Shown here: one piece after another, positions 1 to 13,039 of the stretch
Layout of the letters: each line of letters begins with the position of its first letter
Numbering within the stretch: the stretch's first letter is position 1
Assembly: GCF_006345805.1 (NCBI RefSeq)
Contig: NC_043001.1
Coordinates: 64,232,001-64,296,000 of the forward strand
DNA: 64,000 nucleotides
Origin: Octopus sinensis
Lineage: Eukaryota
Reading direction: 5' to 3'
Position numbers and translations under genes: made by a program
The notes under the pieces: generated by a model
The model's input: only the letters and a program-made list of their open reading frames with translations
Database searches by the model: none
Told to the model about the DNA's origin: nothing

Positions 1-295
1 TTTTCTAATTAGGGCTAAAATTCCGCTTATTAACAATTTTAAGGAACGTAATCTTTCCTGTCTTCATAAAATTGGGTATACTTTCTCCAAATACAAATAG
101 AACATACTATTAAATTTACCCCTACTGAATTAACAGTAATTATTTAGAGTAAACAATTATTACTATAATATATTATATTAGTTAAATTGTGATGATTATG
201 CAGATATGTATATGTATGTGTGTGAATGTGTATGTATATGTGTGTATATGTATGTATATTTATATAGGGGTATATATTAAGTTAGATGTAATTCA

Positions 296-1295
296 TCATT
301 ATCATGATAATCATTTAACGTCTGCTTTCCAATGCTAACATGGGTTGGACGATTTTGACTGAGGGCTGGCGAACCAGATGGCTGCACCAGGCTCCAATCT
401 TGATCTAGCAGAGTTTCTACAGCTGGATGCACTTCCTAACGCCAACCACTCTGAGAGTGTAGTGGGTGCTTTTTACGTGCCACCGGCATGGGAGCCAGTC
501 AAGCAATACTGGCAATGACCTCGCTCGAATCTTTTTACACGTGCCACCGGCACAGGTGCCAGTGAAGCAACGTTGGTAACGATCACGCTCGAATGGTGCC
601 CTTTTACGTGCCACGAGTACGGAAGCCGGTTAGCCGCTCTGTCAATGGTCACACTCATATGGAGCTCTTTGCACCCCACTAGCACGGATGCCAGTCATCG
701 AATTGATTTTGATTTAATTTCACTTGCCTCAACAGGTCTTCGCAAGCAGAGTTTAGTGATCAAAGAAGAAAAAGGTACGCATAAGCGGGCTGGTTATGCT
801 CCTGGCATAAGCCACAGGTTATGGTCTCATTTGGCTTGCCGGGTCTTCTCAAGCATAGTATATTTCCAAAAGTATTGATCGCTAGTCATTTCGTTGGTGA
901 GGCCTAATGTTTGAAGGTCGTGCTTCACCACTTCATCCCAGGTCTTCCTGGGTCTACCTCTTCCACAGGTTCCCTCAACCGCTAGGGTGTAACACTTTTT
1001 CACACAACTATCCTCATCCATTCTCGCCACATGACCACACCAGCGCAGTCGTCTCTCTTGCACACCACATCTAATGCTTCTTAGGTCTAACTTTTCTCTC
1101 AAGGTACTTACACTCTGTCGAGTATGCACACTGACATTACACATCCATCGGATCATGCTGGCTTCATTCCTTGCGAGCTTACGCATATCCTCAGCAGTCA
1201 CAGCCCATGTTTCACTGCCGTGTAGCATGGCTGTTCGTACACATGTATCATACAGTCTGCCTTTTACTCTGAGCGAGAGGCCCTTTGTCATATGC
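296..1295 (-). mobile_element. 5'-truncated RTE-clade LINE (RT C-terminus, 3' UTR, (GAT)n-type tail)
   Basis: ORF 827-1291 (MLHGSETWAVT...ERRLRWCGHVARM...GRGRPRKTW) is a typical RTE C-terminus; the 3' UTR is shared with other copies in the window. Confidence 0.9.
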
Positions 1296-2179
1296 GTATG
1301 TGTGGATGCATGTATGTGTGTATGTATATGTATTTATGTACATGGGTATGTATATGATTATGGAATGTGATATGTATACCAAATTATGTAACCAATGATT
1401 GGATTAATTGTTTGATTGATTGGTTAACTAATTAATCTATTTATTGATTAGTATTTAGGGTTAACTATTTAACAAGGTTCTGGAGATAATTAATCTTGAG
1501 TTCCTTCCCTTCATTCTCTTCATTTTATTTATTTATAAATAAATAGTAATCCACCATATCTCTTAAATATAACAGTAAATAGATAAATAAATAAATAGAT
1601 ATTTATGAAGAATTAATAAATAAGTAGTTTGTTAATTAAGTGACTTTAAAATATTACATGGAATATTGCAGTATAGGCATTTGGGAAATGGAGCCTTGCA
1701 TATGAAACAATTTGTCAGATACAATAGTTTTTTAACATAAATGAAGGTAATTTGTCAGATATAATAGATTTTGAAATTATTTTTAACGACAATGAATACA
1801 ATTTGACATATGTAGGTATAGATAATAATAGAAGTGAATTGGGAGCATTTAAAAATTAATTTTGGAAGTAAGTTTAACAATTAACAATATATTGAAGAGA
1901 TATATACGTTGACTTTGATATTTTGTCTCTGGTTTGAGTTTGATCCAACTGATTCCCGACATGTATTTCAACCATATACTACCCATTTAAGTTACTAAAT
2001 ATATTAATAACTCACATAGTTGGACTTATACATATATTATTTTTATTATTGTTATTGTTATTATTATTATTATTGGTTTTTATTTTCTTCTAAATAACTT
2101 GTAATAACTTACTTCTCATATGTATTATATTAAAATAATATCCCCTTAATATATCATTTTAACCATTAATTCATATGTC

Positions 2180-2220
<41 letters not shown>

Positions 2221-2257
2221 GTGTATATATATATATATATATTATATATATATATAT

Positions 2258-5200
2258 CATCATCATCATCATTTAGCGTCCGCTTTCCATGCTAGCACGA
2301 GTTGGACGGTTCAACTGGGGTCTAGGAAGCCAGAAGGCTGCACCAGGCCCAGTCTGATCTGGCAATGTTTCTACGGCTGGATGCCCTTCCTAACGCCAAC
2401 CACTCCATGAGTGTAGTGGGTGCTTTTTACGTGCCACCGACACAGGTGCAAGACGAGGCTGGCAAACAGCCACGATCAGATGGTGCTTTTTATGTGCCAC
2501 CGGCACAGAGGCCAGGCGAGGCTGGCAACAGCCACATTCGGATGGTGCTTTTTACGTGCCACCGGCACGGAAGCCAGTCGGGGCGGCGCTGGCAACGGCC
2601 ACGTTCGGATGGTTCTCTTACATGCCCCCGGCACTGGTATCACAGCTACATTTTCCATTGATGTTGATCAATTTCGATTTTGATTCTGATTCTCACTTAC
2701 CTCAACAGGTCTTCACAAGTAGAATTTTGTGTCCCAAGAAGGAAAGGTATGCATAAGTGGACCGGCTACATCCCAGGTAGAGGCCACGGGTTATGGTCTC
2801 ACTAGTCCCGCTAGGTCCTCTCATGCACAGCATACCTCCAAAGGTCTCGGTCTCTAGTTATTTCCTCGGTGAGACCTAAAGTTCGAAGGTCGTGCTTCAC
2901 CACCTCATCCCAGGTTTTCCTGGGTCTACCTCTTCCACAGGATCCCTCAACCGCTAGGGTGTGGCACGCTTTCACACAACTATCTTCATCCATTCTTGCC
3001 ATACCAGCGCAAACGTCTCTCTTGCACACCACAACTGATGCTTCTTAGGTCCAACTTTTCTCTCAAGGTACTTACACTCTGTCGAGTAAGAACACTGACA
3101 TTACACATCCATCGGAGCATACTGGCTTCATTTCTTACGAGCTTACGCATATCCTTAGCAGTCATGGCCCTTTTCTACAGATTGAGCAGGGCCATCTACC
3201 TGAAGGCATTTGTGATTTGTCAACCTTCCTACTTATTAGGACTTAGGTTTTAGCTAGGTTGACTCTAAGGCCCTTCGATTCTAATCCTTGCTTCCACACC
3301 TGAAACTTCTCCATTAGTTCTGATAGTCACTCAGCAATTAGAGTAAGGTCATCAGCATAGAGGTGCTCCCAGGGGCATCCTGTCTTGAATTCCTCCATTA
3401 TTGTCTGGAGAACTATGATAAATAGGAGGGGGCTGAGGACTAAACCTTGGTGGGCACCTACCTCTACCCGGAATTCTTCACTGTACTCGTCGCCAACCCT
3501 CACCTTACTAGCAGCATCCCTGTACATGGCTCATACAGCTTTCACTAACCTGCTCTCACTCGACCCTGTCAACAAAAGCCAGGTACAGGGGCTTATCTTT
3601 GGCTAGGTATTTTTCCTGCAGCTGCCTTACCAGGAATATAGCATCAGTGGTACTTATCCCTGGCATGAAACCAAACTGCATCTCATCTAAACTAACTCTC
3701 TCTCTAATTAGTTGGGCTATGACCCTCTCCGTAACCTTCATTGCCTGATCCAACAGCTTGATACCCCTGTAATTATTTGTATCTAGGGCGTCACCTTTAC
3801 CCTTGTAGCAGTTGACTATTATGCTGCTACACCAGTCATTGGGAATGACTCCTTCGTGTATCACTTGGTTAACTATACGGGTGACTAGGCTATAGCCGAC
3901 ACTACCAGATATTTTGAGCATCTCTGCAGTGATTCCTCATGGGCCTGGGGCTTTCCCTGTCTTCATGCTTCTAATTGCCTTAACTACCAAGGAACTGTCA
4001 ACTCGGATAGCTGGTCCCTCTGTTGGGTCGACATTCAGCAGGCTCTCTTTATCCCATTCATTTTCTTTATTCAGCAACCTTTCATAGTGGCGTCTCCAAA
4101 CCTCTCTCTTTACATCCTCATTTAGCGCAAGTGAACCATCATCCATGCGAACACACTTCTCTCCTACCTCATTACGATTCTCTCTCACACACTGTCTTGC
4201 AACACGAAATACCCGAAGTCTTTGGTCCTCACTGCACAGAACATTGGCAAATTTTTTCTTATCTGCTTCCCCTCTGGCTAGATACACCTGCCTCCTAGCT
4301 TCCCTTCTGGCAGTCTGATACACTTCCCTGCTACCACCATTCTTCCAGTCCTTCCAAGCCTGTTTCTTTTCTCTAATAGCCCTGTCAACAACATTGTTCC
4401 ACCACCACGTTATTTTGGGTCTAGAGGGGACTTTGCACCAACCACAGATCTGGTCAGTGGCTCTCAGCAGGTTGTCCCTTAGAAACCTCCAGTTGTCTTC
4501 TACCTCATGTGAAGTTATATCCCCTTCTATTTCGTCAAAGGCTTCAAGTAATATGTCTCTAAATCTCTGTCCATTCTCAGGATCTTTAAGCTTCCAGACC
4601 CTTCTCCATGCTGGTCGTCTTCTGGTTCTCCTCTTAGTCCTGATCCTAAAGTCACTAACTACCAGTCTATGTTGTGGTGTGCATTCTTCGCCTGGGAAGG
4701 TTTTGGTGTTTATAAGCAGCCATCTTTCCCTTTTTCTGGCAAGGATGTAGTCGATTTGGCTAGTATGTCGGCCCGATCGGTAGGTGACTAAGTGCCTGGT
4801 AGGTTTCCTGAAGTTATTGTTGCAGACCATAAGATCATTCGCATTGCAGAACTCCAGCAGCCTAGTTCCCTCCTTGTTGCGGGAACCGTAGCCGTAGCGT
4901 CCATGTACGCCATGGAAGCCCCCTGTATGTTGTTCAACATGCCCATTGAAGTCACCAGCCACAAAGAGAAGGTCCCTGTCATTCGTCGATGAGGTAGTCT
5001 GCAGCAGGGTGTCATAGAATTGGTCTTTCTGTCCATCGGGTAGCCCTGGTTGCTAATCCATGATGAAGCACTAATCTAATCTTAAGTATTCTGTCGCATA
5101 CTCTGACCCATTTTTCAGCGAGAAGTATACCCACGCCCCTGACCCCGTCAGTGTTCCCAGCCCAGAAAATTTTGTACCTGTGTTCTTTGCCTGTGAGGAA

Positions 5201-6345
5201 CCTAGCAGAACCTCCTCTCCACCTCACTTCTTGAACGCAACACATATCGACACATCTCCGTTCAAGCAACTCAACAATCTCGCCAGACCTACCTTTCAGT
5301 GTGCCAGTGTTGAGGGTGTGGGAGGTATAGGCCCTAGGCACCTTGGGACAGGGGACAGTAGCTTCATGTACCTGAAAAAAAAAAATCGCATTTGGCAGGA
5401 TTCATAGACAAACAATAGACTTAAATTCAAGCCGCATACACTACACTATCATATTTTGCAATGTATGATCACTACCTTATATAGCAGACGGTGGGGGTGG
5501 CGTAAGACTTTGAAGTGTACATGGGAGACAACCAAGGATGACAAAATTTGAGTCTCCCTGTAATGGTTGAGGTGGTGGGAGGGCGGGTGCACCTCAAAAA
5601 CTAGCAGCCATGAAGGGGTGCCTCTCGAGGAACTATAGAATTATATATATTTAACACGAGGCGTGAGGCTGAAATAGAAATAGACAGAGTCAGACAGAAT
5701 AGAGATAATCTAAAAAGGTTAATCAATTGCGCAGAAATGATACTAGGTAGTTAACGGGATGAATTTAAAGGAATGGAATGCTTATCTGTGGATCATTTTT
5801 CCGTTCGTAGTTTACAGCAGAGGTTTGAATCGAAAATGGGGGCACTATAATGCGTGCGTTAGTTTATATAGGGTGGTGGTGGAGGGGAGGGGAAGTAGGA
5901 GAATCGAAAGAGATAGGAAGACAAAAACAGTTTGAAGAGATAGAGATAGAGAAAAACATTGCGAGACAGAGAGCGGGGGGATCGTGACCCGCGAAAACTA
6001 GCAGCCATGAAGGGGTGCCTCTCGAGGAACACGAGGTGTGAGGCTGAAATAGAAATAGACAAACAGAGTAGAGATAACTAAAGGTTAATCTTAGACAAAA
6101 ACTAGCAGCCATGAAGGGGCACCTCTTGAGGAACTATTGAATTATATATATTTAACACAAGGCGTGAGGCTGAAATAGAAATAGACAAACAGAGTAGAGA
6201 TAACTAAAGGTTAATCTTAGACAAAAACTAGCAGCCATGAAGGGGCACCTCTTGAGGAACTATTGAATTATATATATTTAACACAAGGCGTGAGGCTGAA
6301 ATAGAAATAGACAAACAGAGTAGAGATAACTAAAGGTTAATCTTA
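2258..6345 (-). mobile_element. Near full-length decayed RTE-clade LINE (APE endonuclease + RT) with an internal deletion near 3170
   Basis: ORF pieces 5012-5341 (GTLKGRSGEIV..CVQEVRW), 3937-4962 (AGDFNGH..SQIDYIL..QHRLVV), 3556-3921 (NYRGIKLL..QFGF), 3327-3527 (LYADDL), 2811-3032; (GAT)n tail at 2258; at ~3170 the sequence jumps from mid-RT to the AVTAKD region. The 5' limit is inferred. Confidence 0.88.
5596..6345. repeat. 126-bp monomer array: two identical copies (6095-6220, 6221-6345), one internally deleted copy (5994-6094) and one diverged copy (5596-5724)
   Basis: Unit acaaaaactagcagccatgaagggg...gataactaaaggttaatcttag read directly. Confidence 0.95.
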
Positions 6346-7022
6346 TATATATATGTATATAAATACATATTTCACATTTTCAACTACTTTTGTTCTGTTT
6401 ACAATTTGTTTTATTTCATCGGTTATCAATTAACCAACCGTAACTGAGACAAAGTAATTCAAAAAAATTGTTAACCAATTAGATTAAGTAAATGAATAAA
6501 AATAATCCCTCCCCACTTCCTGCAAGATTTAAACTACTGCAATAATAATAAATAACGTAGAAGAAAGTATACCACATTTCTCTCTATATATAAATATAAA
6601 TTAGTCTGCAAATTATCCTACATTCCAAAACATATAATATGTATGTACATATTAGTATGTTTAAATGGAAAAATATATATGTATATATATTTGTGCATAT
6701 ATACGTTCCTCATGTATGCAGATTCGTTTTGACATAATTGTAATAACTTTATTGATATATTGATTGTAAAATTACTATCCTTATAACTTTCAAAAATATC
6801 TGTTTATATATTATATTCTATATTATATCTATTGTGAATAACAGAATGCATCTAATATTAATAATATTAGTAAAATATGTATGTATATTTCAGTATATAT
6901 ATAGGTATTTATGTATATCTATACATGTATGTATATGTATATCAATATATATGTATTCAAATGTCTGTGTATTTTATTTATTTTATATTTATATTTATTT
7001 ATAACTTATCATTATGTACTTT

Positions 7023-7151
7023 ATAATCTCTGACGAAGCCTAGAGATATACCCAAGTACTTCATTTTCATCTACCAATTACTTCACTCCACTTGAGTAAT
7101 AATGGTAGAATGAAGTATTTTTACCTCTTGGCTGAAACAGCTGTAAGTTAT
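7023..7151 (+). ncRNA. Type I hammerhead ribozyme-like motif with long stem II
   Basis: CUGACGA 7030-7036, stem II AGCC/GGCU, GAAA 7134-7137, palindromic stem III ACAGCUGU, GUA triplet 7143-7145. Confidence 0.75.
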
Positions 7152-7169
7152 TTTCCCAATTTATATTCA

Positions 7170-7575
7170 TACTCTCTTTACTCTTTTACTCTTTTACTTG
7201 TTTCAGTCATTTGACTGCGGCCATGCTGGAGCACCACCTTTAATAGAGCAACTAGACCCCGGGACTTATTCTTTGTAAGCCCAGTACTTATTCTATCGGT
7301 CTCTTTTGCCGAACCGCTAAGTGACGGGGACATAAACACACCAGCATCGGTTGTCAAGAAATGCTAGGGGGACAAACACAGACACACAAACATACATGCA
7401 CACACACATATATATACATATATACAACAGGCTTCTTTCAGTTTCCATCTACCAAATCCACTCACAAGGCATTGGTTGGCCCGAGGCTATAGTAGAAGAC
7501 ACTTGCCCAAGATGCCACGCAGTGGGACTGAACCCGGAACCATGTGGTTGGTAAGCAAGCCACTTACCACAAAGC
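7170..7575 (-). mobile_element. tRNA-derived SINE (abundant octopus-type family)
   Basis: Minus strand has a tRNA-like head (..ggttccgggttcagtcccactgcgtggc..), ggcaagtgtcttctactatagcc body and (gtaaaaga)n tail; the same family recurs at 8012 and 13040. Confidence 0.85.
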
Positions 7576-7932
7576 CATTTATGCTTGTTATTTTATAATA
7601 ATTACTGGTATCCTTATATATTACTATATTTTATATCTTATACATAAAGCATAATATGTTATATGTATGTATATTATTGTAATTATCAATTTAGTAAATA
7701 AATAAGTTAACATAATATAATGTCTAAAAGTTGATGAACCACCTATTGATCCCCTCCATTTTCTTATTGCTATATAAATTAATGGTAAAATATCTCTTTA
7801 CTACCTTCACCCATTTAGTACACTAGGTAATGTAATTGCAATGCAATAAAAACACTTGTGTATTAATAATTGGGTACTAAACCAGCAGTATATTGAATAG
7901 ATATTATCCCTTAGTGGGTTGGATTCACAACC

Positions 7933-7977
<45 letters not shown>

Positions 7978-8011
7978 CACAGTGTGTGTATATAGATGTG
8001 CATGTCTGTAT

Positions 8012-8385
8012 GTACTTTACTTACTTTTACTTGTTTCAGTCATTTGACTGTGGTCATGCTGGAGCAATGCCTTTAGTCGAGCAAATTGTAAGCCTAGTAC
8101 TTATTCTAGTACTTTTTCTATCGGTCTCTTTTGCCGAACCGCTAAGTTACGGGGACATAAACACACCACCATCGGTTGTCAAGTGATGTTGTGGGGACAA
8201 ACACAGACACACATATACATATATATGACAGGCTTCTTTCAATTTCCGCCTACCAAATCCACTCTCAAGGCTTTGGTCGGCCCGAGACTATAGTAGAAGA
8301 CACTTGCCCAAGGTGCCACGCAGTGGAACTGAACCCGGAATCATGTGGTTCATAAGCAAGCTACTTTCCACACAGCCACTCCTAC
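8012..8385 (-). mobile_element. tRNA-derived SINE, same family as 7170-7575
   Basis: Colinear similarity to 7170-7575. Confidence 0.85.
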
Positions 8386-8405
8386 GCCTATAAAAGCATC
8401 TAATT

Positions 8406-9190
8406 TTGAATAACATCACAGATACATACAAAAAGATAACAAATATTTACAAAGAGGTGAATTTGGAGGCAAGAAAAATAGCTAACAATCTTAAGATTAA
8501 TGATGGGATAGAATATCTTTCCCACCAACCCGCTGTTATTACCCTAAAAGACCACAAAGCCAATTTTAATAGAAGCCCTAAATGTAGATTGATTAATCCG
8601 ACTAAAACTGAAATAGGTATTATTAGTAAATATATTTTGGACCATATTTTAACTAAGTTAGATAGTGAATTAGATTTGAGAATTTGGAAGAATAGTAAGT
8701 CTGTTATAGATTGGTTTAAAGGGATTAGCTATAAGCATAACTGCAATTTTACGCAGTTTGATACTATTGGCTTTTACCCGTCAATATCTAGGCCTTTACT
8801 CCTAAAAGCTTTAGACTTCGCCAAGCAGTATGTCAACATCAATAACTCGGAAATTGATATTATCATACATGCAAGGATATCACTTCTTTTTTACAAGGAT
8901 TCCACCTGGGTAAAGACGAGTGAGGATTCTCTTTTCAATGTACCGATGGGGGCATACAATGGGGCTGAGTTATGTATGCTCATTGGAGCTTATATTCTAC
9001 ACAATCTAAAACTAGAATTCCCGTTTATAGACGCAGGTTTATATAGGGATGACGACCTTATAGTCACCCATAATTTAAACAGCCATGAATCAGATAACCT
9101 TAGAAAGGATCTTATTGCTTTCTTCCAAAGGATGGGCTTATGGGTCACGATAGATACTAACCTGAAAGTGTAGACTTTTTTATATGTAAA
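8406..9190 (+). pseudogene. Penelope-like element reverse transcriptase fragment
   Basis: ORF 8406-9173 has KDHK..CRLINP, FDTIGFYPSI, VPMGAYNGAELC and GLYRDDDL motifs. Confidence 0.85.
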
Positions 9191-9669
9191 CTTTACTCAA
9201 CACTTAGCAACTGAATCAGTGGAGGCAAAGATGCCTCTCATTTACTTGACAATTTATGCAGTACATTGCAGAAATCACAATGTAAGTGTATTTCAAAGCA
9301 AACTCTTACACTGTTGTACCATTGAATTAGAAATAATGCTCAACTTTTATGCTTGGGTAACCCTACAGCTTCCAACAGCACAACTGTATTCATTTTTGCT
9401 TAGATAAAATGACAAAATCGTGGGTGTTAAGTCCCCATGGCGGGGTCTTTCTAACTTGTAAGAAGATGAAATTTTATAAATATTACTTCATTTGTGTCTA
9501 ATATCTATGGTTAAAATTTCATCAACAGCAAAAATATATGAATTGTCATGGGGCCCTTATGCATAGAATATAATTTCCAAATTTCATAAAGATCCATTCA
9601 GTACTTTTGACGTAGTTTTGGATCATAAAAGAAATGACTAAAATTTGGAAGTTAATGCTCCCGTTAGGG

Positions 9670-9734
<65 letters not shown>

Positions 9735-9805
9735 TACCGGAGTAAACACAAATGTGAAACAAGGTGGAAAAGAGAGTACTCAAATACCAAGGGTAGAGTA
9801 ATATG

Positions 9806-9974
9806 CTTTATTTAAAAGCAGTAGAAAATTCAACAAAACCTGTTACTCTGAGTTTCACGTTCCCGTTCGTCGGACAGTTTTTGTTAAAATCAAAAACAAA
9901 AACTGTCCGATGAACAGGAACGTGAAACTCAGAGTAACAGGTTTTGTTGAATTTTCTGCTGCTTTTAAATAAAG
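9806..9974. repeat. Inverted repeat with 80-bp arms (3 mismatches, 9-nt loop), each arm carrying a minimal hammerhead-like motif
   Basis: Arms 9806-9885 and 9895-9974 aligned by hand; motifs at 9840-9877 (-) and 9903-9940 (+). Confidence 0.92.
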
Positions 9975-10334
9975 TATATATAGATATAGATACACACACA
10001 CACACACACACACATACACAAAGATAAATTGATAGATTACAACTGAGTGGGCAAACAAAAATATGAGACACAGCCTAGTGCTTTTTTTATGTTGATAAGC
10101 CTGGTACTTATTCTATTAGTTTGTTCCTGTGAAACCAGTAAGTTATGTGGATGTAAATAAATGAACAGCAGTTGTGAAGCAGTGATGAGGGAGAAACACA
10201 AAGACACACATATAGACTTACATATATATATACATACATATATTATTGATTTGTTTCAGTTCCTGTCTACGAAATCCATATATATTGTTGTTGGTATCCT
10301 TTTTGTCTCGGGAGACAATGAAGTTGTGCATAAA

Positions 10335-12870
10335 ATAATCTAGTCAGGCTTTTACATTTCATGTCCTAATACATCTCCTTTGTGGCTGTGTGGTCCTATC
10401 CTGGACAAACACTCCCTCTGGCAGGTGCCGCAAATGTAGTGAAGACTTTGCCTGGCTGGTTGTAATGTCATAGTTTCTTGTTGACGTCTTTTCTTGTCAT
10501 TCAATTTTTCCTCTCTCTCTATGTCACTCCTTTGTGTTCCCTCTTTTACGGTACGTCGCCAATCTCCACAGTTGCTGGCAACTGCTTCCCAGTTGGTAAT
10601 ATTGATGTTGCAGGCATTCATGTCCCTTTTGCAAACAGCCTTGTATCATAAGAACGGTCTTCCCACAGACTTAGTGCGCCTAGCAAGCTCTCCGTTGAAT
10701 ATGTCCTTGGGGATTCTGCCATCTTCCATATGGCTAACATGTCCAAGCCATCTCATACGTCTTTGTGTGAGGAGTGCAAACATGCTTGGTATTCCTGCTT
10801 GCTTGAGGACATCTTTATTGGGGACATGATTCTGCCATTTGATGCGAAGGATTTTCCAGAGAAAGCGCAGGTGAAAGATATTTAGGCGACGCTCTTGGCG
10901 TGTGTATGGCGTCCAAGTCTCACTTCCATACAGTAGAGTGCTAAGTACACATGCCTGGTAAATCTTCATTTTTGTGGTCTTGGTCAGCTTATTGTTGTCC
11001 CATGCCCGTTTGGAGAGTTGGGCCATCACAGCAGCTGCCTTGTCAATGCGTATATTGAGCTCAGCATCAAGGGATAGGTTGTAGGTGACAGTAGAGCCAA
11101 GATAGGTAAACTTCTCCACCTCCTGTAGTCTGTGGTCTTCAATAAGTATGTTTGGGATGTCCGATGTAGCCTGACCCATGATGTTGGTCTTTTTGAGGCT
11201 GATAACTAAGCCAAAGTTGATACATGCTTGTTCAAAACAGTTGATGAGCCTTTGTTGGGCTTCTTCTGTGTGTGATACCAGAGCGGCATCATCAGCAAAT
11301 AGCATCTCCTTGATCAGGACGCTTCTGATTTTGGTCTTGGCACGCAGACGCGAGAGATTGAACAGTTTCCCATCACTTCTGTGCAGAAACACTCCATCAT
11401 CTGATGTCTGAAAGGCATGTGACAGCAGCAGTGAGAAGAAGATGCCAAATGTAGGAGCAAGGACACAACCTTGCTTTACCCCATTTTTTCTTTGGAAGGC
11501 GGCTGATGTTGAACCATTGTGCTGTATGGTGCCTTGCATATTATCATGGAAAGATTTAATGATCCTCAGCAGCTTTGGTGGACATCCGATCTTTTGGAGC
11601 AGGATGAAGAGGCCTTTTCTACTTAACAAGTCAAAGTCCTTTGTCAGATCAATGAAGGCCATATATAATGGCATTTTCTGCTCTCTGAACTTCTCCTGAA
11701 GTTGGCGTATGGAGAATATCATGTCAATAGTTGATCTGCTTCTTCTAAAGCCACACTGTGATTCTGGACAAATTTGAGAAGCAAGCAGTTGTAGCCTGGA
11801 CAGGATAATGCAAGCAAAGGCCTTTCCAACAGTGCTTAGAAGAGATATTCCACGGTAATTGTTACAATCACCACGGTCACCTTTGTTTTGTAAAGCGTAA
11901 TGATGTTAGCATCCCGCATATCCTGAGGGACTGTACCCTCTTCCCAACACTGACACAGAAGCAGGATGGTATTTTTGCCGGTTTTGATGATCTCTAAGGG
12001 GATGGCGTTTTTGCTATAGATGGCAGACTGTCAAGTTCGCACATGACTGGCAAGATCTTGACACCCTCGATTGCAGCCTCAGCTACCGTGGTCTCCCGTG
12101 AGTAGAGTACTCCACCCATCTATCCATTTGCTTGCTTTGGTCCTTGATGAGATCTCCAGTAGTTGATTTCAGAGGGGCTGACTTGGTTGCGGATGGACCG
12201 AGGGCCTTCTTCAAACCGGCATACATCCCACGGGTGTCGCCACTGTCAGCAGCTGACTGGATACTCTGACAGATTTTCTGCCAATACCTATTTGCACAGC
12301 GTCTGGCAGTTAGTTGGGTTTTATTTCTTGCCTTTCTTGCTTCGATAACTGTTTCCAGCTCTGAGAGCCCAGCATTGAACCAATCAGGGTTTTGCCTTTC
12401 TCTCATGCCAAAAGTATATATTGATGTGGTATACAAAGCTTCCCTGATATAATTCCACCTACTTTCTGCAGAGGAGGTTGGGCAGCTACTGAGGGCAACT
12501 TTGATAGAAACAGCCAAACATTGTCGCAGTGTAGGGTCCGAGGTTCTGGCAGTGTTAATGCATGGTCAGCCCATTTTCTTGGAGTGATGGACATTTTTAG
12601 GCAGAATCCTCACCCTGCTTCTTATTAGTGAATGATCTGTGTCACAATCTGCGCTATGGTAACTACGGGTCAGTTGAACAGAATTCAGAAAGGATCTTCG
12701 TGTAATGATGAGATCCAGCTGATGCCAGTGGTGAGATCTTGGATGTCTCCAAGATGCCTTGTGGGATGTCTTGTTGACGAAGAATGTGTTAGTGATGCAC
12801 AGGTTATGGTATGTGCAAAATTCAAGTAGTGTCTGACCATTGTCATTCATGTTGCCAATACCAAAACACA
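10335..12870 (-). mobile_element. RTE-clade (BovB-like) LINE, decayed, 5'-truncated within the endonuclease domain
   Basis: ORFs 12566-12889 (WHQLDLII..DTDHSL), 12083-12517, 10646-11722 (GVKQGCVLAP, MLFADDAAL, LLYGSETWT), 10352-10621 (C-terminal CGTCQRECLSRIGPHSH). Confidence 0.9.
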
Positions 12871-12934
12871 TACACTTACATATATACATACATATATTTA
12901 CGATTGATTTGTTTCAGTTCCTGCCTACGAAATC

Positions 12935-12967
<33 letters not shown>

Positions 12968-13039
12968 ACACACACACACACAAAGACAAATTGATATAGA
13001 TGCAACTGAGTGGGCAAACAAAAATATGAGACACTGCGT

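Noticed and set aside
5400-5600. HDV-like ribozyme in the RTE 5' UTR
   Set aside because: One stem (gggagac/gtctccc) is visible, but I could not build the nested double pseudoknot by hand; needs a descriptor search
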